From a virus (Duplodnaviria > Heunggongvirae > Uroviricota > Caudoviricetes), in the IMG/VR virus record IMGVR_UViG_3300006201_000009: a DNA stretch of 31,255 bases, one strand, 5' to 3'. The notes beneath the pieces are model-generated. The model ran no database searches. It worked only from the letters and a program-made list of their open reading frames with translations, and was not told the origin of the DNA. Of the stretch, positions 18,121 to 25,173 are shown piece by piece (the stretch's first letter is position 1; every line of letters starts with the position of its first letter). The position numbers and the translations under genes are program-made.

Positions 18121-18660
18121 ATGGGATGTTGTGAAGGAACAGAAAACGAAATTAAGTTTATTAAAGGTGACGTCCTTGAAATATATTTCGCCGTCGAAGA
18201 CCTCGAAGTCGAGTATATTGCACAAGTTTATTTCTCTTGCATTGGCGCAAAGATTTTATGCGAGTTGCCTTACTCAGAAGAGCAAGAAGCGTTTTGTTTG
18301 CGTTTCCCTTCAAAAATATCCGATGAAGTTAAGCCTGGGTTCTATACATACGATGTGACTTTGGAGCTTGTCGATGGAAGTAAGATTACATTATTACACA
18401 ACGAAGATTTCATAGTTCTGAAAAAGAGGAATACATTGTCTGAAGATGCTTACATAGAAGACAGTGAAACCGATGGCGATGATAACACTGGCGAAGGTGA
18501 CAACACTGAGCCGACAGAGCCCGAAACTCCGCCCGACGAAACAGAACCTGACAATCCGACAGGTGGCGATGGCAATGATAATCCGCCAACTCCGCCCGAG
18601 GGTGGTTCAGAGGTGGAAACACCGCCAACCGATGGAGGGGACGAAAATGATAGTGAGTAA
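18121..18660 (+). CDS. tail/baseplate accessory protein with acidic Pro/Gly/Thr-rich C-terminal tail
   Basis: ATG at 18121 with RBS GGAGG. The beta-rich N-domain (KGDVLEIYF...GFYTYDVTLEL.DG) resembles a BppU-type fold. Confidence 0.65.
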   Translation: MGCCEGTENEIKFIKGDVLEIYFAVEDLEVEYIAQVYFSCIGAKILCELPYSEEQEAFCLRFPSKISDEVKPGFYTYDVTLELVDGSKITLLHNEDFIVLKKRNTLSEDAYIEDSETDGDDNTGEGDNTEPTEPETPPDETEPDNPTGGDGNDNPPTPPEGGSEVETPPTDGGDENDSE

Positions 18661-19036
18661 AAAAATAACCGCGAAGATAGTTCGCGGCGAATCAAAGAAA
18701 CCACAACAAGTTAAGAAAGTCCTCTCGCTTTTGCCAAGCGACTATAGAGGGTTAATCAATTTACCCACATTAAACGGTGTTGAGGTGAGCGGCGATCTTA
18801 CTTCAAAGGATTTGAGCATTCTGTCTTCGGTGGCTGATGAATATGAGGAACATAATCTCGGAGAAGGAAATGACGAAGGGAAATATTTCGTACTCGTTGG
18901 GGACGATGAAACAACGGCAAAGGTTCCAGCTAATACAGTTGCGAAAACTTTGTCTTTAATAAAAACAACCGAGGAACTTGATGAGAATATGGATGTCGGT
19001 TCCTATCGGTTTGTAGAAAAGAAAAGGGGTAACTAA
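18647..19036 (+). CDS. tail-fibre-associated protein
   Basis: ATG at 18647 with RBS GGAGGGG, in frame with ORF 18464-19036. DYRGLINLPTLNGVEVSGDLTSKDL matches a common phage fibre motif. Confidence 0.65.
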   Translation: MIVSKKITAKIVRGESKKPQQVKKVLSLLPSDYRGLINLPTLNGVEVSGDLTSKDLSILSSVADEYEEHNLGEGNDEGKYFVLVGDDETTAKVPANTVAKTLSLIKTTEELDENMDVGSYRFVEKKRGN

Positions 19037-19038
19037 CT

Positions 19039-19869
19039 ATGGCAGTAACACAAAAAGATTATCAAGTTATGCAAAAACTTGGGGATGATGAGTTTCTACT
19101 TTTACATCCCGAAACAAATGCTGGCAATGTCATAGTTGACGTTGACGGTATAAATGCAAAAGACGCGGGAGGCGCGTTCGCGGAAATGAAATCTGCACTT
19201 GACGAAAAGGCGGGTGCGGCAGACATTCCTGATGTCAGTCAATTTATAACGCGGGCGGTAAACGATCTTATCAATTACTATACGATATCCGCAATCGATG
19301 AAAAGATTACTGACCTTGAAGGAAAGGTCAGTGCAATTCCTAAATTTTCGGTAAGTGTTGTTACGGAGCTTCCATCTGCGGATATAAGCGAAACAACGAT
19401 ATACTTACTTAAAACTGGCGACGGTGATGACAACTTATACACCGAATATATTTATGTCAACTCCGCGTGGGAGATGCTTGGAACGCAGTCACTCAATCTC
19501 GACGGCTATGCTACAGAGACTTGGGTAAACGCGAGAATATCTTCATTCGTTACGGAAGCCCGAGTACAGGAATTGATTGATGCAGCAGCGATAAAAACAG
19601 CCGAGGCGGCGGATAAACTGTCAACGGCAAGGAAGATATCTATATCGGGAGACATTACGGGCGAGACAACTTTTGATGGCTCTAAGGATAGCAATATCGT
19701 TGCATTGTTAAGTAAAACAGGTGTGGCGGCGGGAATTTACTCCGCTGTTGAGGTAGATGAAAAAGGGAGAGTAACTGGCGGTTCACAAGCATTTGAGGTG
19801 GGAACAGCCGGTCAAACAACTCCAAGTCAGAATTTAGCTATCGGTGGGCTATTTTTCAAGTTACTTTAA
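19039..19869 (+). CDS. tail fibre (shaft) protein
   Basis: LHPETNA N-terminus. ADKLSTARKISISGDITGETTFDGS...GVAAGIYSAVEVDEKGRVTGG is a typical tail-fibre repeat. Confidence 0.75.
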   Translation: MAVTQKDYQVMQKLGDDEFLLLHPETNAGNVIVDVDGINAKDAGGAFAEMKSALDEKAGAADIPDVSQFITRAVNDLINYYTISAIDEKITDLEGKVSAIPKFSVSVVTELPSADISETTIYLLKTGDGDDNLYTEYIYVNSAWEMLGTQSLNLDGYATETWVNARISSFVTEARVQELIDAAAIKTAEAADKLSTARKISISGDITGETTFDGSKDSNIVALLSKTGVAAGIYSAVEVDEKGRVTGGSQAFEVGTAGQTTPSQNLAIGGLFFKLL

Positions 19870-19881
19870 GGAGGTAAAAAT

Positions 19882-20919
19882 ATGGCGGGATATACATTAC
19901 AAGGTAAAACCGCGGACGGAACTATGGTGGATGTTCCGTTAGCCGCAACATACGATGCGGCAGGGAATAATATACAACAACATTATGCCGCAAAGACAGA
20001 ATACGAAGCGATAATGGCGAAGCTTGGAACGATGGGTGGTCAACTGGATTTGTTACTTGCTTCGTCGGGTATGGTGTCGTTTGCTGATTGCGATTGGGAA
20101 ACTATCAAAACGATTTCCGAGAGCGGCAAAGCGTCGTCTGCGTTTAAGATTGGCGACGAGAAGCAAATCACTTTTTCTACGGGTGAGAAAATTACGATGG
20201 TCATACTTGGATTTGACCACGATGATTTGTCTGATGGAAGCGGAAAAGCGGGCATAACTCTTGGTATGAAAAACGCATTGGCGACCAACTATATGATGAA
20301 TGCTTCGTCGAAAGACTATGATGGGCAATCTGGTTACAATGCGGGCGGATGGTTAAATTGTGAGATGCGAAATAATACGATGCCGTTATTGCTTAGTTAT
20401 TTACCAGAGGAAGTACGGGCAGTTATTAAAACCGTAAAGAAAAAGACATCGAAGGGTTGTATGTCAAGCGATATGCTCGAAACAGACGATAAACTATTTT
20501 TGTTTTCTCAAGAGGAAGTAATGGGAACCCATATGTACACTACACAGTACCAGAACTCGTTCGCTGGTGAGGGGACTCAATACGACTATTTTAAGGGCGC
20601 AAAAATTCCGGCACCAAAGAGTGGTACGGGCACATTCTCTGTTTTGGATGGTACAGGTTGCTTCTATACTACGGATACAGCCGTTGCTCAAAAGTATGAT
20701 AATAGATTTGGTCAAGAAAAGGGCACATCAAAGAACTATTATTACAATTATAACAATGCAAAGGCGCAAGGGGATAGCGCAACAACTTCGTGCACCTGGT
20801 GGCTTCGCTCTCCGTATTACAATTATAGCAGCAACTTCTGCTGTGTCGGCAGCAGCGGTTACAGCAATCACTACGGTGCCAACCTCAGTTACGGCGTCGC
20901 TTTCGGCTTTTGTATTTAA
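19882..20919 (+). CDS. DGR target protein, putative receptor-binding fibre tip (DUF6273-like, C-type-lectin fold expected)
   Basis: VILGFDHDDL...GGWLNCEMR...LPEEVRAVIKTVKK...DKLFLFSQEEV...WWLRSP...GVAFGFCI*. The VR occupies the 3' end, and the gene is last in the fibre cluster. Confidence 0.88.
   Translation: MAGYTLQGKTADGTMVDVPLAATYDAAGNNIQQHYAAKTEYEAIMAKLGTMGGQLDLLLASSGMVSFADCDWETIKTISESGKASSAFKIGDEKQITFSTGEKITMVILGFDHDDLSDGSGKAGITLGMKNALATNYMMNASSKDYDGQSGYNAGGWLNCEMRNNTMPLLLSYLPEEVRAVIKTVKKKTSKGCMSSDMLETDDKLFLFSQEEVMGTHMYTTQYQNSFAGEGTQYDYFKGAKIPAPKSGTGTFSVLDGTGCFYTTDTAVAQKYDNRFGQEKGTSKNYYYNYNNAKAQGDSATTSCTWWLRSPYYNYSSNFCCVGSSGYSNHYGANLSYGVAFGFCI
20789..20914 (+). repeat. DGR variable repeat (VR)
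   Basis: 126 nt aligning without gaps to 21808-21933 (offset 1019). The 16 mismatches are all opposite TR adenines: 7 A>G, 5 A>T, 4 A>C. Confidence 0.97.
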
Positions 20920-20940
20920 TCTCATATCAAAACAAAGAAA

Positions 20941-20961
20941 TCCGCCACGCAATGTGGCGGA
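20941..20961 (+). promoter_or_regulatory. GC-rich hairpin/cruciform downstream of VR (DGR target-recognition element)
   Basis: TCCGCCAC-gcaat-GTGGCGGA, a perfect 8-bp stem 26 nt after the VR end. No counterpart follows TR. Confidence 0.8.
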
Positions 20962-20987
20962 ATTAAAAATTAACAAGGAGGACAAGT

Positions 20988-21308
20988 ATGGAGCAATTCT
21001 ATTTCAAACCTACGCTCGAACCGCACAACGAAGCAGAGAAGTTAATCTTCGTCGCGGCGAACGGACAAGGGTATATTGCTAACAACGAACTACATATATG
21101 CGGCAACTATCACTTGATATATAAATTTTCGGGCGATAATGTCGGATGGTATATGAAGAACCCTCAAGATAACGTCGATAGATATCTTGGTCTCGGCGCG
21201 AGTCCGTCTGTTCTGATAGGAGATATAGACATCAAAGATAACGAATATTTTGAGGCAATTAAGTATGTTCAACCCGAAAATGAAGATCGGGAAGAAACAG
21301 AAGAATAA
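20988..21308 (+). CDS. hypothetical protein inside the DGR cassette
   Basis: 106 aa with strong RBS AAGGAGG. It fills the gap between the VR hairpin and avd. Confidence 0.75.
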   Translation: MEQFYFKPTLEPHNEAEKLIFVAANGQGYIANNELHICGNYHLIYKFSGDNVGWYMKNPQDNVDRYLGLGASPSVLIGDIDIKDNEYFEAIKYVQPENEDREETEE

Positions 21309-21340
21309 AAAAATAATACTGACACAATAAGGAGATAAAG

Positions 21341-21760
21341 ATGGCGGTACTTAAAAGTAACAGAAATGAATCACAATTACAATTCATAGACACTGCAAGA
21401 CAGTTAGAGATTTTCACCTTACGAAATTGTGTCAAATTTCCTAAACGATATACCTTTTTTATTACTACCGAAATTGTGAGACTATCGCAATCGGTGTACA
21501 ACAATGTCAAAGCAGCAAACAGCGTTTTCCCTTCCGGTGAGCTGGAAATACAGATGCGTAGAGATTATCTCACGAGGGCAAATTGCGATTTGCAATGCTT
21601 AATTTCCCAACTTGATGTTGCGAAAGAAATGTTTGGAGAAGAAGTTAAGTCGAACACTTGGTGTGCTTGGATGGACTTAATCGAAAAAGAAGCCAAACTG
21701 ATTTCCGCAGTAAAGAAAAAAGATAAAGAACGTCTTAAAGAAACTCCAAACGAGTCTTAA
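21341..21760 (+). CDS. avd: DGR accessory variability determinant (Avd-like four-helix bundle)
   Basis: 139 aa, FPKRYTF.I..EI......V..NV.AANS...RRDYLTRANCDLQCLISQLDVA pattern with a basic C-terminus, immediately upstream of TR. Confidence 0.88.
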   Translation: MAVLKSNRNESQLQFIDTARQLEIFTLRNCVKFPKRYTFFITTEIVRLSQSVYNNVKAANSVFPSGELEIQMRRDYLTRANCDLQCLISQLDVAKEMFGEEVKSNTWCAWMDLIEKEAKLISAVKKKDKERLKETPNES

Positions 21761-21807
21761 GGCGATTTTTTATATATAGGTTATGAACCGATTTACATTT
21801 GTCGTGG

Positions 21808-21933
21808 CGTGCAACTGGTGGCTTCGCTCTCCGTATTACAATAATAGCAACAACTTCTGCTATGTCAACAGCAACGGTAACAGCAATAACAACAATGCCA
21901 ACAACAGTAACGGCGTCGCTTTCGGATTTTGTA
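21808..21933 (+). repeat. DGR template repeat (TR)
   Basis: AAC/AAT-rich copy of the VR, with 15 AAY codons in the target frame, between avd and the RT gene. Confidence 0.97.
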
Positions 21934-22148
21934 CGATAATGCCAGACACAGTAATTCCCATAGAGGAACGAAATCAGCGCAAGTACAAAAGGGGTTTATG
22001 ACCTTTCCGCAAGGATAAATGAATATTTTGATGTGGTCTACCGGACGCTTCTTGCATTGCGCGTGATTGTGGTAGCGCGTTTAATGGTAGGTATCACTAT
22101 GCAGTTATTTTCCCACAATGATTTCACTGTACAAGGTATATAATTTTT
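21934..22148 (+). ncRNA. TR-RT spacer, probable structured 3' part of the DGR template RNA
   Basis: 215-nt intergenic region with small hairpins, e.g. TCC-GCAA-GGA at 22006-22015 and GGGGT-ttatg-ACCTT just before it. The role is inferred from the BPP-1 DGR spacer. Confidence 0.45.
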
Positions 22149-23267
22149 ATGAATAGCAAGGAAAGACATGAATTAAGGTATCAGAGACGCAAACAAAGAC
22201 GTCTCGAGAAGAAAAGGAAATTTGATGAAATTTATTGTGATTACGATAAAGTTTTCACGTTTGATAACTTGTATCACAGTTACAAACAATGTTGCAAAGG
22301 GGTGGGCTGGAAATCCAGCACCCACAAATACAGAACGAATGCTCTGCTCAACGTAAATTCTACATATAAAATGTTGCGTGACGGAACATTCAAAAGCAAA
22401 GGATTTTATGAGTTTAATATAATCGAACGAGGCAAGGCAAGACATATACAAAGCGTTCATATTAGTGAGCGAGTTGTTCAACGGTGCCTATGCGATTACA
22501 GTCTTGTTCCGATTTTGAAGCGTTCTTTTATCTATGATAACGGAGCTTGCATTAAACTTCGCGGAATAGACTTTGCACTTAACCGAATGAACAGACATTT
22601 GGAAAAGTATTATAGACAACACGGCAGCGAGGGTTACGCCCTCGTTTTTGATTTCTCGAAATACTTTAACAGCATTAACCACGTTGCGCTGTTGAAAATT
22701 TTGCGCGAGAAAATCACGGACGATAGGTTGTATGCTATCGTCAAACAACTTGTTGACGACTTCGGCGAGAACGGACTTGGGTTAGGTAGTCAAATATCGC
22801 AGAGTTGCGCGTTAGCTCTCCCAAATAAAATGGATCACTATATAAAGGAAGATTTAGGTATTAAGTATTACTGTCGTTATATGGACGATGGATGCTTAAT
22901 ACACCACGACAAAGAACACTTAAAATACTGTCTGCAAAAGATTACGGAGATTTGTACCGAACTTGGTATAAAGCTAAATCCAAAGAAAACCCAGATAATT
23001 AAATTAAGTCGTGGTATCAATTTTCTCAAAACACATTTCATTTTAACGAAAACGGGAAAGATAATACGCAAGCCGCACAAGAAAAATATTACGCTTATGC
23101 GCAGAAAACTTAAAAAGTTCAAGCGTTGGGTTGAAGAGGGTAAGATGACATTTGAAGATGTTACGACATCGTGGTGTTCGTGGCGTGGTCATCAGCTCAA
23201 ATTTAACTCATATTGGGCAAGGCAAAGAATACACGACCTTTATGTGCGATTATTCTATTGGTCGTAA
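22149..23267 (+). CDS. DGR reverse transcriptase
   Basis: 372 aa with ERGKAR.I, DFSKYFNSINH, GLGLGSQISQ (the DGR-type LGxxxSQ) and catalytic YMDD. No maturase or endonuclease domain. Confidence 0.96.
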   Translation: MNSKERHELRYQRRKQRRLEKKRKFDEIYCDYDKVFTFDNLYHSYKQCCKGVGWKSSTHKYRTNALLNVNSTYKMLRDGTFKSKGFYEFNIIERGKARHIQSVHISERVVQRCLCDYSLVPILKRSFIYDNGACIKLRGIDFALNRMNRHLEKYYRQHGSEGYALVFDFSKYFNSINHVALLKILREKITDDRLYAIVKQLVDDFGENGLGLGSQISQSCALALPNKMDHYIKEDLGIKYYCRYMDDGCLIHHDKEHLKYCLQKITEICTELGIKLNPKKTQIIKLSRGINFLKTHFILTKTGKIIRKPHKKNITLMRRKLKKFKRWVEEGKMTFEDVTTSWCSWRGHQLKFNSYWARQRIHDLYVRLFYWS

Positions 23268-23275
23268 ACAGAAAC

Positions 23276-23305
23276 AGCGAGTGCCGCCTTGGGTACTCGC
23301 TTTAT
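23276..23305 (+). terminator. terminator-like hairpin after the RT gene
   Basis: AGCGAGTGCC-gccttg-GGTACTCGCT (10 bp, one G-U) followed by TTAT. Confidence 0.55.
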
Positions 23306-23321
23306 AATTAGGAGGTAGTAT

Positions 23322-23726
23322 ATGGATTGGCAAGCAATTTTACTTTCAATCATCGGCATCGTTTTGACTGCTTTGGTGAGCTGGGGTGCAGAACGCCTTA
23401 TTGCGTTAATTAACTCCAAACTGGCTAATAGCAAATATGCAAAGTATCTCACAAGTGCGGTAGACGTGATTACACGCGCCGTCAAAACCACATATCAAAC
23501 TTACGTGCAATCGTTGAAAGACAAGAATATGTTTACAGCAGAAGCGCAAAAAGAAGCACTATCGAAAGCTGGTGAAATGGCATTGGCGCAGCTGACGGAT
23601 GACTCGAAGAAATGGATTGAGAGCAACTTCGGTGATATTAAGACGTGGATTTCTAACACAATTGAGTCTGTTATCTACGACTTGAAGAATAAGACCATAA
23701 GCGAGAGCACAAATGAAAACGCTTAA
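23322..23726 (+). CDS. holin, LL-H-like
   Basis: 134 aa with RBS GGAGG. One N-terminal TM (ILLSIIGIVLTALVSWG), then AVKTTYQTYV..LK...FT.EAQKEAL...WI...IESVI, at the end of the tail operon. Confidence 0.7.
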   Translation: MDWQAILLSIIGIVLTALVSWGAERLIALINSKLANSKYAKYLTSAVDVITRAVKTTYQTYVQSLKDKNMFTAEAQKEALSKAGEMALAQLTDDSKKWIESNFGDIKTWISNTIESVIYDLKNKTISESTNENA

Positions 23727-24138
23727 AGCTATTGGATTTTGGGTGGCATCCTTTACGTGGGGGCTGCCGATGACATTGGTGGGCTGCCTTGTTGCTATCG
23801 CATTGATGGTGACGGGGCACAAGCCTCATAGGTTTCATTATTTCATATATTTTGAAGTAGGAGAGAATTGGGGCGGCTTTGAGTGTGGGTGCTTCTTCGT
23901 AACTAACAAGAACCCGACTTATAGTATCAGACGCCACGAGAGCGGGCACGGCTTACAGAACATAATGCTGGGCGTATTTATGCCGTTCTTGGTAAGCATA
24001 CCGTCTTGTATTCGATATTGGTACCGAGAGATAGTTGTACGGAGCGGTAAAAAGACGTATCACGAATTGCCAGATTACGACAGTATTTGGTTTGAGGGTT
24101 GGGCTACGCGGCTCGGAGATAAGTATTTTAATGAATAA
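23713..24138 (+). CDS. membrane protein with HExxH zinc-metallopeptidase-like motif
   Basis: 141 aa. N-terminal TM (FWVASFTWGLPMTLVGCLVAIALMV), RHESGHGLQ, a second hydrophobic stretch, then WFEGWA. Overlaps the holin end by 14 nt. Confidence 0.7.
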   Translation: MKTLKAIGFWVASFTWGLPMTLVGCLVAIALMVTGHKPHRFHYFIYFEVGENWGGFECGCFFVTNKNPTYSIRRHESGHGLQNIMLGVFMPFLVSIPSCIRYWYREIVVRSGKKTYHELPDYDSIWFEGWATRLGDKYFNE

Positions 24139-24188
24139 AAAAATAGGCGATCTATGGATTAGTTTCCACAGGTCGCCTTCTTTTTCTT
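24137..24188. terminator. bidirectional terminator between convergent units
   Basis: AGGCGATCT...AGGTCGCCT stem (24145-24178) flanked by an A-run upstream and TCTTTTTCTT downstream. Confidence 0.7.
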
Positions 24189-24891
24189 ATTTGAAATGCG
24201 GATATTGCAGCATATATGCGGGTGTACGCCAGATACTCCATTGCTCATTAGTTAAAGTGTTTTGATGTTTAACTATGGCAGACGCGCCGGCGAGTGAGAG
24301 CTGTAGATAACACATATGCACACATCGTATATCAATGTCGCATCCCTCAAACAGACAACTTCGCGTATAATTGATACCATAATCATTCTTTATAACATCA
24401 ATCGCGGCGAGTAGCATTCCGCCAGCTCCACAGCACGGGTCACTTATCGAGATTACTTTGTCTTGCTTGGCTACTTCGACGATATCACTGCCTATTGACA
24501 CCTTAGCCATAAACTTTGATACATCATACGGAGTGAAGAATTGTCCTGTTCTGTCGTTGCCTTGATTACAACACATATAGAGTTCGCCAAGATAATCGTG
24601 GAATCTTCCGTTGTCTTCGACGACAGACGATAAGAGGTCAAATATCTTTCCCAATATCGTGCGCATAAGCGAGCGGTCTCGTTCAGAGTAGGAGTCCATA
24701 ATTTGAGCGTATCTTTCGCTGCGTTCTTTCTTCTCGAATAGATTTACGATGTTCGATATCGTAATGGCACCACACTCAAAAATGTCTCCGATGAATTTGC
24801 TTTGGCTAACCGAGTATGAACCGCTGGTTATAAGCTTCATTATCTCGGCGAGTTCGGGCAAGTTGCGTGGGATGTTTTGGTTGTTCTTCAT
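24187..24891 (-). CDS. N6-adenine methyltransferase-like protein (type I HsdM/N6_Mtase-like) lacking motif IV
   Basis: DYLGELYM...GQFFTPYDVSKFMAK (motif X) and ISDPCCGAGGML (motif I), then DID...MCYLQL. It ends after HQNTLT with no (N/D/S)PP(Y/F). RBS AAGGAG. Confidence 0.8.
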   Translation of the reverse strand: MKNNQNIPRNLPELAEIMKLITSGSYSVSQSKFIGDIFECGAITISNIVNLFEKKERSERYAQIMDSYSERDRSLMRTILGKIFDLLSSVVEDNGRFHDYLGELYMCCNQGNDRTGQFFTPYDVSKFMAKVSIGSDIVEVAKQDKVISISDPCCGAGGMLLAAIDVIKNDYGINYTRSCLFEGCDIDIRCVHMCYLQLSLAGASAIVKHQNTLTNEQWSIWRTPAYMLQYPHFK

Positions 24892-24938
24892 AAGTTAATG
24901 CTCCTTAGATTTTTTATGTATGAGAGGAGCGGGTAAAA

Positions 24939-24968
24939 ATTCTAAATAAAAGATGACTTTTATGTGAA
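24939..24968 (-). promoter_or_regulatory. putative sigmaA promoter with palindromic operator in the spacer
   Basis: Minus strand reads TTCACA-18 nt-TAGAAT. The perfect inverted repeat ATAAAAG-atga-CTTTTAT at 24946-24963 fills the spacer. Confidence 0.55.
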
Positions 24969-24969
24969 T

Positions 24970-25011
24970 AAAAATAGGGCGTACCTTTTTTAATGGTCGC
25001 CCTTATTTTTT
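24970..25011. terminator. intrinsic terminator downstream of dut, likely bidirectional
   Basis: AAAAATA-GGGCG-t-ACC...GGT-CGCCC-t-TATTTTT. Confidence 0.7.
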
Positions 25012-25173
25012 AATATTTATGCTGAAAATGAAACTGCAAGCGGATTATTGAGCTTACCGCGTGTTATAATAATGCCGCTTAATTGCCATTCTGGCTGCGC
25101 CATTTAACCGCTGTGACACTTCATTGAGTTTCTCGAAGAAGTTATCAAAGCCAGTTAATGTCGCTCTAAAGTC

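Larger units (their letters stand above)
19882..23267 (+). mobile_element. diversity-generating retroelement cassette (target/VR - hairpin - ORF - avd - TR - RT)
   Basis: All canonical components are present on one strand. The TR/VR pair has only adenine-specific mismatches. Confidence 0.96.

Noticed and set aside
21783-22001. 72-aa Asn-rich ORF
   Set aside because: It is the TR read in the target frame. It stays open because TR consists of AAY codons, and its RBS is weak.
22149-23267. RT as a group II intron, retron or Abi RT
   Set aside because: There is no maturase or endonuclease domain and no interrupted gene. The adjacent avd and adenine-specific TR/VR pair identify a DGR.
25062-25070. 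Plus-strand TGTTATAAT (extended -10) pointing antisense into dut/nrd
   Set aside because: No acceptable -35 at normal spacing and no downstream ORF, so it cannot be supported without TSS data.
25057-25173. 39 open codons in frame right after the dut stop (DFRATLTGF...YYNTR), suggesting readthrough or a gene relic
   Set aside because: dut already ends at its normal motif 5, there is no start or RBS, and an open run of this length is not rare by chance.
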